NCBI GenBank assembly: GCA_938048695.1
Contig: CALIUO010000007.1
Location: forward strand, 47,556 to 111,555
Direction of reading: 5' to 3'
DNA from: an uncultured SAR86 cluster bacterium
Lineage (GTDB): Bacteria; Pseudomonadota; Gammaproteobacteria; Magnimaribacterales; Magnimaribacteraceae
Length of the DNA stretch: 64,000 nucleotides
The position numbers were made by a program, and so were the translations under genes. Under the pieces are notes generated by a model that worked only from the letters and a program-made list of their open reading frames with translations, was not told the origin of the DNA and ran no database searches. Positions 49,333 through 59,760 of the stretch are shown one piece after another (position 1 is the first letter of the stretch; each line of letters begins with the position of its first letter).

Positions 49333-51135
49333 ATGTATCGATTTAAATCAGTAGCCATACTGGTGTTTTTCTTTTCCTATGGTTTGTCAGACGAACTTGA
49401 AAATTACGAAACAGTAACAGTTGTATCATCACTCCCTAAACTCCTAGAAGATACAGTCCTTGTCGTTGATAAAATCGATAAAGAATTCCTTGAAAAAACT
49501 CAACCTAAGAATTTATCCAGTCTTCTAAGAGAATCTCTTGCTATTGATGTAAGCAGTAACGGTGGAATGGGACAGTTATCATCTATTTTCTTAAGAGGGA
49601 GTAATAGTAATCATGCCGTTGTAAAAATAAATGGCATAAAAATTAATCCAGGTACGGCCGGTGGCGCTTCCATTTACAACTTAGATACTGAATTGATTTC
49701 AAATATAGAAATAGGTTATGGACCTTTGTCGGCAGTTCATGGATCTTCTGCTATAGGTGGAGTCATTGATATTTCTACGAGACCAATTAACAAAACTTCT
49801 CAATCCTCTATTGGGATTAATATCGGTCCCGATAATTATCAAAAACAATCATTTAGATTTGATCAACAATTAACAGATAAAGCGTTTTTTAACCTGGCAG
49901 CATCGAAAACCGATACTGATGGTTATCCTGTTCTTTCTAATTCTACACTTGATCGTGGATATGAAAATTCTACCACTATCAGTAGTCTTGAAATTAATTC
50001 CGATTTTGCTGAATTTGTACTGTCATCATGGTTGGCTGAAGGAAAAATAGAGTATTTACTTTTTGGAACTCCAGTTTCACAGGATTATGAAAACTATGCT
50101 CATGGTATTGGAATCACAGACGATATTAAAAATGCTTTTACATATAGCCTAAATATAAGTAAGTCTAAGGATTTCATTCAACAAAAAGATTTAAATTTTT
50201 TAGGGCAGATAGATATAACTAATACTCATAGAGATTTTGTAGAGTTTGTAATCTCAAATTTTTCTTTTTCAAAGCAGCCTGATGAATTTATTTTGGGAAT
50301 TGATAATGAAGATGAAGAAGTTGATTACTTGAGTTATGGGACTTCGTACATAGAAAATATTAAAAGCAAATCTATTTTTACTTCCGTTAATTTAAATTTC
50401 TTTGAGAATTTTTTTAGTGCCTCACTTAGAAATACTGATCATGATAAATACGGCATCAACTTATCTTGGAACATGGAATTATTAAGAGAATTAAATAAAA
50501 AGTGGAAAGTGGGTATATCTAATGCTTCCTCGTTTAGATCACCCGTTAGCTCAGAGTTATATGGTTTTGGCGGTAATATTGACCTAAAACCAGAGATCAA
50601 TAAATCAACCGAAATTAATATAAAAAAAATAAACAAAAATTCAGATTTAAATATATCCGTATTTAGTAATAAACTCTCAAACTTGATCGATTTTGATTAT
50701 CAAGACTATGTTCTAAAAAATATAATTAAATCATCAAATAAAGGAATAGAGGTTAGATATAAGTTAAACATGGATGAATGGAATTTAATGATCTTAATGA
50801 GATCTCAGATTCCAGAAGATAATGAGGGTAAGCAATTATTAAGACGATCAAAAACCTCAGGAAGCTTAACTTTAACAAAAGATATTTATGGCTATCTTGG
50901 AACGATTAATTTTTCTAACTTTGGTAAACGAAAAGATTTTGGGGATATCAAGCTGCCCTCTTACAGTCTATTAAATTTATCAGTAACAAAAGAATTAAAT
51001 ATGAGCACCAAATTATCACTCAAATTAGAGAATGTTTTAGATAAAAATTATTTTACTGCAGCTGCTTCTAACGCATTTTATTTAAATCAGGGAAGATCAA
51101 TATGGTTTAAATTGCATTACGAATTAGGAAAATAG
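49333..51135 (+). CDS. btuB: TonB-dependent vitamin B12 receptor (BtuB-like)
   Basis: Signal peptide, TonB box ETVTV, plug NGGMGQLSSIFLRG.NSNH, HGSSAIGGVI, ENVLDKNY; riboswitch context. Confidence 0.85.
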   Translation: MYRFKSVAILVFFFSYGLSDELENYETVTVVSSLPKLLEDTVLVVDKIDKEFLEKTQPKNLSSLLRESLAIDVSSNGGMGQLSSIFLRGSNSNHAVVKINGIKINPGTAGGASIYNLDTELISNIEIGYGPLSAVHGSSAIGGVIDISTRPINKTSQSSIGINIGPDNYQKQSFRFDQQLTDKAFFNLAASKTDTDGYPVLSNSTLDRGYENSTTISSLEINSDFAEFVLSSWLAEGKIEYLLFGTPVSQDYENYAHGIGITDDIKNAFTYSLNISKSKDFIQQKDLNFLGQIDITNTHRDFVEFVISNFSFSKQPDEFILGIDNEDEEVDYLSYGTSYIENIKSKSIFTSVNLNFFENFFSASLRNTDHDKYGINLSWNMELLRELNKKWKVGISNASSFRSPVSSELYGFGGNIDLKPEINKSTEINIKKINKNSDLNISVFSNKLSNLIDFDYQDYVLKNIIKSSNKGIEVRYKLNMDEWNLMILMRSQIPEDNEGKQLLRRSKTSGSLTLTKDIYGYLGTINFSNFGKRKDFGDIKLPSYSLLNLSVTKELNMSTKLSLKLENVLDKNYFTAAASNAFYLNQGRSIWFKLHYELGK

Positions 51136-51678
51136 ATGAATAAACGCATAACTAAGGTTACAACTAAGACTGGAGATAAAGGAACAACGGGTATGGCTGA
51201 TGGATCCAGGGTGAGTAAGGCAGATCCTATAATTGACTCTATTGGTGAAATAGACGAACTAAACTCTTTAATAGGTTATCTAGATTCACTGAGTGAATCT
51301 AGTAACTTTGTATTAACCTTCCGAAGGATACAGAATTGTTTATTTGATATTGGAGGTTCTCTATCTGTCGGGACCCAGAATTCCATCTCTGAAGAAGAGA
51401 TATTATTTCTTGAAGAACAAATTCAAGAATTAAATGAAGTACTACCTGAACTAGAAAACTTTATATTGCCAGGAGGAAATCATGCAGCCGCATTATCTCA
51501 ATACGCAAGGTCAGTATGCAGAAGATGTGAGAGATCATTGGTTAAATTGAATGAAAATGAAGCCATTGAGAGGAATAAATTAATTTACCTAAATAGACTC
51601 TCTGATTTACTGTTTGTCATAGCAAGAAGTATTAATCAAGAATTGGGTATTAAGGAGCCTCTTTGGCGGCAAAGTTAA
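51136..51678 (+). CDS. Cob(I)alamin adenosyltransferase, PduO type
   Basis: TKTGDKGTT, GEIDELNS, FILPGG, RSVCRRCER, YLNRLSDLLF. Confidence 0.93.
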   Translation: MNKRITKVTTKTGDKGTTGMADGSRVSKADPIIDSIGEIDELNSLIGYLDSLSESSNFVLTFRRIQNCLFDIGGSLSVGTQNSISEEEILFLEEQIQELNEVLPELENFILPGGNHAAALSQYARSVCRRCERSLVKLNENEAIERNKLIYLNRLSDLLFVIARSINQELGIKEPLWRQS

Positions 51679-52217
51679 TCTAAATTTGATCTGAAATAAC
51701 TCCAATCAAACGATTTGCCAGGGTCTGTTTTCCTGTCAGGTGCAATATCAGAATGTCCGACTATAGTATCTTTTTTAATGTCCGGAAAAAAAGACATTAA
51801 TTCCTTGGTAACAGAAATAAGAGATTCATACTGTTCTTTTTCATATTTACTTTCATCAGTCCCTTCTAGCTCAATTCCTATTGAAAATTCATTACAGTCT
51901 TCTCTTCCTCTAAAAGTAGAAATTCCTGCATGCCATGCTTTCTTATTAAAAGGCACAAACTGAGTAATTGAACCATCTCTTTTGATAAGAAGATGACTGG
52001 AGACCTTAAGATTTGCTATGTCTTGAAAATAAGGATGCTCTTCATGATCCAACTGATTAGTAAAAAACTTCTCAATATGATCACCTCCGTAGTTTCCAGG
52101 GGGTAGACTAATGTTATGTATTACCAATAGAGAGACTTCATTTGATTTCCTGTCAGAACTATTTGGAGATAAACAAATCTTTGCTTTTTCTAAAAAAAAT
52201 GAATTATCTATGTTCAA
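51675..52217 (-). CDS. ampD: 1,6-anhydro-N-acetylmuramyl-L-alanine amidase
   Basis: VIHNISLPPG, VSSHLLI, AWHAG, SIGIELEG, GHSDIAPDRKTDPG. Confidence 0.95.
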   Translation of the reverse strand: MNIDNSFFLEKAKICLSPNSSDRKSNEVSLLVIHNISLPPGNYGGDHIEKFFTNQLDHEEHPYFQDIANLKVSSHLLIKRDGSITQFVPFNKKAWHAGISTFRGREDCNEFSIGIELEGTDESKYEKEQYESLISVTKELMSFFPDIKKDTIVGHSDIAPDRKTDPGKSFDWSYFRSNLD

Positions 52218-52225
52218 GAAATTCT

Positions 52226-52591
52226 CTACTGTTTAATGAATGGTTTAGGTTTTTTTTTCTCTTTCACCTTGCCTTGCTTCTTATTTTTTCTGGATTGTTT
52301 CAACGCTTTTTTAAGTTCTTTTCTCTGAATAACTCCATCAGAGTTTAAATCCATCCTTTCAAAACGAGCGCTTATTGGTGCGAGAAACTCTTCTTCTGAG
52401 ATATTACCATCACTATTTGTATCCATAAGTTGAAATCTATCTAAAGAATTGGAATTAAATTCCTCTAGTGTGATAGACCCGTCTCGATCTGAATCCATTT
52501 TTTTTATTTGATCCAATATTCTAGGTGCTGCATAAATATTGGAAGATAAAATCCAAATTAAAAAAGCCGTTAAAAGATATTGTAGTTTCAT
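52226..52591 (-). CDS. Secreted EF-hand calcium-binding protein with Lys-rich tail
   Basis: Start MKLQYLL (SD GGAG); loops DSDRDGSITLEE, DTNSDGNISEEE, DLNSDGVIQRKE. Confidence 0.8.
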   Translation of the reverse strand: MKLQYLLTAFLIWILSSNIYAAPRILDQIKKMDSDRDGSITLEEFNSNSLDRFQLMDTNSDGNISEEEFLAPISARFERMDLNSDGVIQRKELKKALKQSRKNKKQGKVKEKKKPKPFIKQ

Positions 52592-52640
52592 AATTTTCTC
52601 CGTTCCTCTATTAGACAAAAAGTTTAAGAAAAGGTTCTAA

Positions 52641-53576
52641 TCACCTTAAGCCTTTAGGTAACCTAAAAGATATCCCTTCGTCTGTTCGGTTCTTATCTCC
52701 TACCAAATTAAATCCATACGCTGAAGAAAGTTTTTCTATAACTTCTGATACGAGGTGTTCAGGAGCAGAAGCACCTGAAGTAAGTCCTATTCTCGATTTT
52801 CCTTCAAGACAATCCAAAGATAAGTCGTCAATACTATCAATGAGATATGCCTCTACACCAGATCTTTCAGCTATTTCCCTTAGTCTGTTTGAATTAGAGC
52901 TATTTTCTGACCCGATTACCAGAACAAGATCAGATTCTAAAGCCAACTGTTTAATTGCGTCCTGTCGGTTTTGAGTTGCATAACAAATATCATCTTTTTT
53001 TGGCCCTTTAATATCAGGAAATTGATTAACAAGGTATTCCGTAATTTCTTTAGTATCATCTACAGATAATGTAGTTTGCGTAACAAAAGCCAAATTGGAA
53101 GGCTTCTTAAATGATAATTTTTTGGCATCCTCGATGTTTTCAACTAGGGTTATTGTTCCTCCAAAGGATGTATCAAACTGCCCCATTGTCCCTTCAACCT
53201 CAGGATGATTCTTATGACCGATTAGTAGGCAATCAAATCCCATTTTGGCATAAGTATTTACTTCAGCATGGACCTTGCTGACTAGAGGGCATGTTGCATC
53301 AAAAACATCCAGATTTCTTTCGTCAGATTGGGCCTCTACTGCTTTAGAAATTCCATGAGCACTATATACAACCACCTCGCCTTCAGGGATCTCTTCGATA
53401 TCCTCTACAAAAATAGCGCCAAGATTCTTTAATTCTTCAACTACCGTCTTGTTATGAACTACTTCATGTTTTACGTATACAGGGGCACCATGGATCTCTA
53501 TGACTTTTTTTACAATTTCAATTGCCCGATCTACTCCGGCACAAAACCCTCGAGTATTAGCTAACCTTATTTCCAT
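52641..53576 (-). CDS. ispH: 4-hydroxy-3-methylbut-2-enyl diphosphate reductase
   Basis: [42 protein letters not shown]. Confidence 0.97.
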   Translation of the reverse strand: MEIRLANTRGFCAGVDRAIEIVKKVIEIHGAPVYVKHEVVHNKTVVEELKNLGAIFVEDIEEIPEGEVVVYSAHGISKAVEAQSDERNLDVFDATCPLVSKVHAEVNTYAKMGFDCLLIGHKNHPEVEGTMGQFDTSFGGTITLVENIEDAKKLSFKKPSNLAFVTQTTLSVDDTKEITEYLVNQFPDIKGPKKDDICYATQNRQDAIKQLALESDLVLVIGSENSSNSNRLREIAERSGVEAYLIDSIDDLSLDCLEGKSRIGLTSGASAPEHLVSEVIEKLSSAYGFNLVGDKNRTDEGISFRLPKGLR

Positions 53577-54033
53577 TTGCTTTAGATTTAGAAATTACTA
53601 TATCAAGAATATAAATAAAAACTCCTATTGTTATAAATGTATCGGCAAAATTAAAGATATAAAAAGAATAAGTCTCATAGTAAAAGTTTATAAAATCAAT
53701 TACATAACCTCTGAAAGTTCTATCTAATAGATTTCCCATGCCTCCAGACAAGATCAGCAATAATGCTAATGACTCGTATCCGGTAAGTGATTCTGTTATT
53801 AATATAAAAATTAAATATAAGCAGACCAGGAGAGTAAGAAAAACTAGCAACCATCTACCTAAATTTCCTCCATCATCAAAAAGGCTAAATGCTATGCCTG
53901 TGTTGAGAATCAAATAAATATCTAATATTGGCAGCAGGTTTAGGCTTTCACCAATTAAAAAGTTTTTTAGAACCAGGTACTTAGTTAATTGATCAATTGA
54001 AACGAGAGACAATAAAAATATGACCTTTTTCAT
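53557..54033 (-). CDS. lspA: Lipoprotein signal peptidase II
   Basis: DQLTK, NTGIAFS, GNLLDR, VIDFI, FNFAD. Confidence 0.95.
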   Translation of the reverse strand: MKKVIFLLSLVSIDQLTKYLVLKNFLIGESLNLLPILDIYLILNTGIAFSLFDDGGNLGRWLLVFLTLLVCLYLIFILITESLTGYESLALLLILSGGMGNLLDRTFRGYVIDFINFYYETYSFYIFNFADTFITIGVFIYILDIVISKSKANGNKVS

Positions 54034-54047
54034 GAGAAGTATCTCAC

Positions 54048-56837
54048 TTACGCAAAAGTTCTAATTTCACCGTTCTCTTCGACATTTTCGTAACATCTTT
54101 CACAAATAGTTTCATGACCTTTTATAGTCCCTACTTCAGGCCTACTGTGCCAACATCTAACGCACTTCTCATGTTCGATTTTTGAGACATTAATTTTTAA
54201 GCCTTCGATGTTCGTTTCATTACCATCTTGACCAATCTCATAAACTGTTGCTTCTGATGTTATAAAAATGAATCTCAGCTCTTCAGCGAATTCATCAAGG
54301 AGCTTTTTTATATCTGAGTCACAATATAATTCTAAGGCAGCATCCAAAGAAGATCCTATGATTTCATTATTTCTGGCCTCTTCTATATGTTTATTTACTT
54401 CAGATCTTATCTCTAAAACCTTTTCCCACTCTTCATCTGAGAATCTTAAATTTCCCGTTTCAGCCCAATCTTCAAACCACTCAAGTAAATGAACAGATTT
54501 GGTATTACTATCTAAAGATTGCCATGCTTCTTCCGCAGTAAAAGAAAGTATTGGACTTACCCATCTCAGCAAGGCTTGAAGAATATTAGATAAAGCGACT
54601 TGAGAAGATCTTCTTGCATTGGAATCTAATTTAGCTGTGTAGAGTCTGTCTTTCAGTATGTCCAAGTAAAATCCACCTAGGTCGTTAGCACAAAAGTTGT
54701 GAATTTTCTGAAAAGCCTGATGAAAGTTGTAGTTTAAATAATCATCTTTAATTTGTTTTTGTAGTTTCTTGCTTCTTAAGATCATCCACTTATCCAACTC
54801 AGTAAGCTTATCAGGTTGAACAATTTGCCCGTCATAATCATTAAGATTTCCCAGAAGAAATCTGATTGTATTTCTAATCCTCCTGTAAGAGTCCGCAGAT
54901 CGCTTGAGAATATCATCCGATAAAACGATTTCTTTCGTATAGTCAGTAGAAGCAATCCAGGCCCGTAAAACATCTGCACCCATGGTTTCCCAGATTTTTT
55001 GCGGAGAAATCACATTACCAAGAGATTTAGACATTTTTTTTCCTTCGCCATCCACAACGAAGCCATGGGTTAGGACTGCCTTGTAAGGAGCACATGCATT
55101 AATAGCCATGCTCGTTAAGAGTGATGATTGAAACCACCCCCTATGTTGATCAGAGCCCTCTAGATATAGATCCGCCGGAAATTGAAGTTCATCATTAGCA
55201 CTTAATACACATGCGTGTGTAACACCTGAATCAAACCACACATCTAGACAATCTGTTATCTTTTCATAATCTTGATGATCATCTACTAAATCCTCAATGG
55301 CTACATCATGCCATGCCTGAATACCACTACACTCTACTAAAGATGCCACTTTTTCTATCACTTCTTGTGTTTTCGGGTGAAGTTCGCCATTTTCATTGTG
55401 AATCAATAATGCTATTGGAACTCCCCATGATCTTTGTCTTGAAATACACCAGTCAGGTCTACTTTCAAGCATGGATTCCATGCGTGCTTTTCCCCAAGAC
55501 GGTTCCCATCTAACATCTTCTATAGAATTTAAAGATTGCTTTAGTAGACCTTCTGATTCCATGGAGATGAACCATTGAGGGGTTGCCCTAAACATAACTG
55601 GCGATTTGTGTCTCCAGCAATGAGGATAGCTATGTTCAAATGAAGATTCAGAGAGTAAGACCTCTTTCTCTCTTAGCAATTGGATAATATTTTCATTTGC
55701 TTTGAAGACAAACTGACCCGCAAAATGCTCAACATCTTCATGAAATGTTCCATTTCCTTTAACAGGACTTAATACTTCAAGACCATTTGCTTTGGAAACA
55801 GCATAATCTTCTAATCCGTGTCCTGGGGCTGTGTGAACCACTCCTGTTCCTGCTTCGGTTGTTACATGATCACCTGCAATTATTAAGGAATCACGATCAA
55901 GATAAGGATGAGAGGCCTTTAGACCAAGTAATGAAGATCCTTGGCAAGAACCCAATACTTTAAACTCAGTAATGCCTACTCTTTCTAAGGTAGCCTCTAC
56001 CAAATCTTTTGCCAAGATGATGTTGATATTCTGATTATTAAATTTAATTTCAATAAGCTGGTATGAGAAAGATTCATTAATTGTGAGAGCTAAATTTCCA
56101 GGCAATGTCCAAGGTGTTGTGGTCCAGCTGGCAACGAAGTTTTTATTATTGCTTTCAGCTTGAAAAATCTCCAACAATGATTCGTCTTGTATCGGAAAGA
56201 TAAAATCAATCGAAGTAGATATTTTGTTTTGATATTCTACTTCAGCCTCTGCTAGAGAAGACCCACAATCTACGCACCAATGCACAGGCTTATCACCTCT
56301 TTGTAAGTGTCCTTTAGCAATAATTTTTCCTAATGATCTTATGATGTTAGCTTCAAAAGAAAAATCCATTGTTACGTAAGGATTGTCCCAATCCCCTAAA
56401 ACACCTAGTCTTTTAAAATCTTTCTTTTGGAGTTCTATTTGAGAGTGAGCATATTTCCTGCAAGCATCACGAAATTCTGATGCATCTACTTTATGTCCAA
56501 CTTTGCCTACTTTTTTTTCTACGTTCAATTCGATAGGCAATCCATGACAATCCCAACCCGGCACAAATGGAGCATATTTCCCATCTAGAGTTTGTGATTT
56601 GATGACGATATCCTTCAAAACTTTTTGTGCAGCGTGACCAGTATGTATCTCACCATTTGCATAAGGAGGACCATCGTGCAAAATAAATTTTTCTCTCCCT
56701 TTACGGGCCTTAGCAATCTCTTGAGTAAGGTTCATTTCTTCCCAAAATTCAATCATTTTAGGCTCTTTCATAGGCAAGCCAGCCTTCATGGCAAAACCTG
56801 TAACTGGAAGATTTAGAGTATCTTTGTAGTCAGTCAT
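54048..56837 (-). CDS. ileS: Isoleucine--tRNA ligase (type 1)
   Basis: HDGPPYANG, HTGH, GWDCHGLP, WCISRQR, KMSKS, C-terminal zinc finger. Confidence 0.97.
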   Translation of the reverse strand: MTDYKDTLNLPVTGFAMKAGLPMKEPKMIEFWEEMNLTQEIAKARKGREKFILHDGPPYANGEIHTGHAAQKVLKDIVIKSQTLDGKYAPFVPGWDCHGLPIELNVEKKVGKVGHKVDASEFRDACRKYAHSQIELQKKDFKRLGVLGDWDNPYVTMDFSFEANIIRSLGKIIAKGHLQRGDKPVHWCVDCGSSLAEAEVEYQNKISTSIDFIFPIQDESLLEIFQAESNNKNFVASWTTTPWTLPGNLALTINESFSYQLIEIKFNNQNINIILAKDLVEATLERVGITEFKVLGSCQGSSLLGLKASHPYLDRDSLIIAGDHVTTEAGTGVVHTAPGHGLEDYAVSKANGLEVLSPVKGNGTFHEDVEHFAGQFVFKANENIIQLLREKEVLLSESSFEHSYPHCWRHKSPVMFRATPQWFISMESEGLLKQSLNSIEDVRWEPSWGKARMESMLESRPDWCISRQRSWGVPIALLIHNENGELHPKTQEVIEKVASLVECSGIQAWHDVAIEDLVDDHQDYEKITDCLDVWFDSGVTHACVLSANDELQFPADLYLEGSDQHRGWFQSSLLTSMAINACAPYKAVLTHGFVVDGEGKKMSKSLGNVISPQKIWETMGADVLRAWIASTDYTKEIVLSDDILKRSADSYRRIRNTIRFLLGNLNDYDGQIVQPDKLTELDKWMILRSKKLQKQIKDDYLNYNFHQAFQKIHNFCANDLGGFYLDILKDRLYTAKLDSNARRSSQVALSNILQALLRWVSPILSFTAEEAWQSLDSNTKSVHLLEWFEDWAETGNLRFSDEEWEKVLEIRSEVNKHIEEARNNEIIGSSLDAALELYCDSDIKKLLDEFAEELRFIFITSEATVYEIGQDGNETNIEGLKINVSKIEHEKCVRCWHSRPEVGTIKGHETICERCYENVEENGEIRTFA

Positions 56838-56854
56838 AATAAATTTTTTGCACT

Positions 56855-57802
56855 TTAACTTAAATATTGCTTAGCAGTTGAAATATCTTTAAAAATTTGT
56901 TCTTTTAATTCATCTAGCCCATTAAATTTCTTTTCATCTCGAAGCTTCTTAAGGAATTCTACGTTGATTTTCTTTCCATATATACTCTTAGAAAAGTCGA
57001 ATATATGGACTTCTAAAACGGGGTTTTGACCGTCAACTGTAGGCCTAACTCCCATATTTGCAATACCGCCATACGTCTTACCTTCCAAGTCTACTTTCAC
57101 AATATATACTCCAGCAATTGGTAGTTTATTTTTAGGCAGCCATAGATTTGCAGTGGGCACTCCAAGTTGAGTACCTAATTGTTGTCCATAAACAACCTTC
57201 CCATAGAAGGTATAGGGCTGCCCAAGCAATTCCTTTGCGTGTTCAAAATTTGCATTAGTGAGTGCACCTCTAATTCTTGTACTGCTAACCCTTTCTCCAT
57301 GAAGGGAAAAAGTTTTTGTCTTCTCAACTAAAATATTATTTTTTTCTCCCCATTGCTGAAGGAAGCTAAAATCCCCTTCTCTATTGGCGCCAAATCTAAA
57401 GTCATCTCCAATAACTAACTTTTTGATAGAAAGTCTAGATAAAACGTTATTAATAAAGTCCTCCGGAGTCATCTTTCGCAGTTGGTTATTGAAATTTAGA
57501 AAAAAAGCATATTCAACGCCAAGTTCCTTTAATCTTTTAACTTTCTGCGACCAAGGAAAGATTCTAGGTGGCTTTTCTTCGTCAGTTCCAAGAGACTCAG
57601 CAAAAAATTCTCTAGCATGAGGCTCAGTGAAAATAACAAGCTTCTGCCAATCATTGATTTCTCCATCTTTTTGCATATTTTGAATGATATGTTGATGTCC
57701 GAGATGGAGGCCATCAAAGTTTCCTATCGTTGCGATTAAATCGACATCTTCATGCTTGGACAGAAAAAGATCTATATTTTGGATTCCTCTAATTAAATAC
57801 AT
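56855..57802 (-). CDS. ribF: Bifunctional riboflavin kinase / FAD synthetase
   Basis: IGNFDGLHLGH, GDDFRFG, SSTRIR, PTANL, GVRPT, LEVH. Confidence 0.96.
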   Translation of the reverse strand: MYLIRGIQNIDLFLSKHEDVDLIATIGNFDGLHLGHQHIIQNMQKDGEINDWQKLVIFTEPHAREFFAESLGTDEEKPPRIFPWSQKVKRLKELGVEYAFFLNFNNQLRKMTPEDFINNVLSRLSIKKLVIGDDFRFGANREGDFSFLQQWGEKNNILVEKTKTFSLHGERVSSTRIRGALTNANFEHAKELLGQPYTFYGKVVYGQQLGTQLGVPTANLWLPKNKLPIAGVYIVKVDLEGKTYGGIANMGVRPTVDGQNPVLEVHIFDFSKSIYGKKINVEFLKKLRDEKKFNGLDELKEQIFKDISTAKQYLS

Positions 57803-57803
57803 A

Positions 57804-59366
57804 CTAATTTAAAAAGTCTTTAATTTTTAATCCTGTCAATCTTAATGCAAGTAAATACAGACCTATACTCAGAATCACGATTTTTAAAATATAAAATATT
57901 TTTCCAAAATCTGTTAGAGCTCTTAATGAAGCCGCATCTTGACCAAGATAATAAAGAAATACTGATAGGAAAAAAGAAGCAAAGCCCAATCTGATCCAAA
58001 ATAAAAACCATCCGTTTGAAGGTTGATAAATATTCCGACTGTAAAGCATTAACAATAAAGTAATCACTGTAAAAAACGCAGAAATGGAGCTAGCAAGAGC
58101 AAGACCTATATGTCCATAGCCAAGATTGAATCCGAGAAACCATGCAAGCAAAGCATTTAAAATCATAGAGGCCAAAGCTACATACATGGGTTTTTTTGGC
58201 TCCTGTCTAGCAAAGAAGCTTGGGGTTAGAATTTTTATCATCATGAAGGCAACTAATCCAAATGACAAAGCAATCAGACTATATGAGGCCTGTAAGGAAT
58301 CGTTGGCGCTAAAGGCCCCTCTTTCAAAGAGAATAAGTATTATTGGCTCAGCCAGCATAGTTAAACCTATTACTGCTGGAACGCCAATAAGAAGAATTAA
58401 TCTAATTGACCAATCCAGTGTATTTGAAAATGCTAACTTATTCTCTGTTACAAATAATGAAGATAAGCGCGGTAAAATAACTGTCCCAATTGCTATTGCA
58501 AAAATACCTAAAGGTAGTTGCATTAATCTATCTGAAACATATAACCAACTCGGACTGCCTGTTGGCAATAAAGATGCCAATATGGTGTCTATAAGCATGT
58601 TAATCTGACTCACGCCGCCAGCAATTATTCCTGGAATCATCAAAAATAATACTTTTCTTACGCCTGGATGCTGAGTATTTAATTTAAATCTAGGCAATAG
58701 ACCCATCGCAATTAGTGCAGGTATCTGAATAAGCACTTGAATAATACCAGCAGCAAATACTCCCCATGCTATTGCATAAATGGGTACCTCCAATTGAGGA
58801 GCAAACCATAGAGCAGCAACAATTAAGCTCAAGTTATAAAAAAGAGGAGTTAATGCAGGTAAAGAGAATTTTTGGTAAGAGTTAAGAATTGAACCTGAAA
58901 AGGCGACTAGAGAAACAAAAAACAAATAAGGAAAAGTAATTTGAAGAATATCTATAGCAAGTTCTTTTTTTAATGGTTCTGCATAAAAGCCTGGTGCGAA
59001 TAACATTACAAAAATAGGTGCAAATAAAAGCGCTAAAGTTGTCACCAATAAAAGAACTAGGGATAAAGCTCCAAAAGTATTATTAATTAGGCTTTCAACT
59101 GAAGCTTTTTCTTTTTCTTTATATTCAGTTAAAACTGGTACGAATGCTTGATTAAAAGCACCTTCGGCAAACAGTCGTCTAAATACACTCGGAATTTTCA
59201 TAATCACCACAAAGGTATCTAAAGCAACTCCTGCTCCCAGAAGACCTGTGATAACTATGTCTCTTGCTAAACCTAATATTCTGGATATAAAAGTCCAGAA
59301 AGAAACTAATCCGCTACTAGCTAAAAGCCTTAAAGATTTTTTTTTAGATGAAACGTCTTCGCTCAG
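57804..59366 (-). CDS. murJ: Lipid II flippase MurJ (start extended to a probable CTG at 59366)
   Basis: In-frame upstream of the track's GTG: TFISRILGLARD..ITGLLGAG..LDTF; then FRRLFAEGAFNQAFVP and DRLMQLPLG. Confidence 0.93.
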   Translation of the reverse strand: MSEDVSSKKKSLRLLASSGLVSFWTFISRILGLARDIVITGLLGAGVALDTFVVIMKIPSVFRRLFAEGAFNQAFVPVLTEYKEKEKASVESLINNTFGALSLVLLLVTTLALLFAPIFVMLFAPGFYAEPLKKELAIDILQITFPYLFFVSLVAFSGSILNSYQKFSLPALTPLFYNLSLIVAALWFAPQLEVPIYAIAWGVFAAGIIQVLIQIPALIAMGLLPRFKLNTQHPGVRKVLFLMIPGIIAGGVSQINMLIDTILASLLPTGSPSWLYVSDRLMQLPLGIFAIAIGTVILPRLSSLFVTENKLAFSNTLDWSIRLILLIGVPAVIGLTMLAEPIILILFERGAFSANDSLQASYSLIALSFGLVAFMMIKILTPSFFARQEPKKPMYVALASMILNALLAWFLGFNLGYGHIGLALASSISAFFTVITLLLMLYSRNIYQPSNGWFLFWIRLGFASFFLSVFLYYLGQDAASLRALTDFGKIFYILKIVILSIGLYLLALRLTGLKIKDFLN

Positions 59367-59368
59367 AC

Positions 59369-59758
59369 CTATTCCTCTTCTGTAGGTTTGAGATCTAAAG
59401 AAACTGAGTTGATGCAGTATCGAAGCCCGGTGGGTTGAGGTCCATCTGGAAATACATGGCCAAGATGTGCTTCACATTTACTACAGTGAACTTCAGTTCT
59501 TACCATACCTGCTGAATGGTCTTGTTCGGTAGCCACATTATCTTCTTGAGAAGGTTCCCAAAAACTTGGCCAACCTGAACCAGAGTCATATTTTGATTCA
59601 GAGCTAAATAACTCTACATCACAGACTATGCAATGATAGGTTCCAGGAGTTTTTACTCCATCATACTTTCCACTAAAGGCAGGTTCTGTACCTTGATTTT
59701 GGGTGACGTAATACTCTTCTGGAGTAAGTTTTTCTTTTAAATCTTTTTCGTTATTCAT
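59369..59758 (-). CDS. msrB: Peptide-methionine (R)-S-oxide reductase
   Basis: [34 protein letters not shown]. Confidence 0.96.
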   Translation of the reverse strand: MNNEKDLKEKLTPEEYYVTQNQGTEPAFSGKYDGVKTPGTYHCIVCDVELFSSESKYDSGSGWPSFWEPSQEDNVATEQDHSAGMVRTEVHCSKCEAHLGHVFPDGPQPTGLRYCINSVSLDLKPTEEE

Positions 59759-59760
59759 TG

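Noticed and set aside
49333-51135. Low-GC btuB as a horizontally acquired island
   Set aside because: No mobility genes or boundary repeats; other fast-evolving envelope genes here (fxsA, lspA) are similarly AT-rich.
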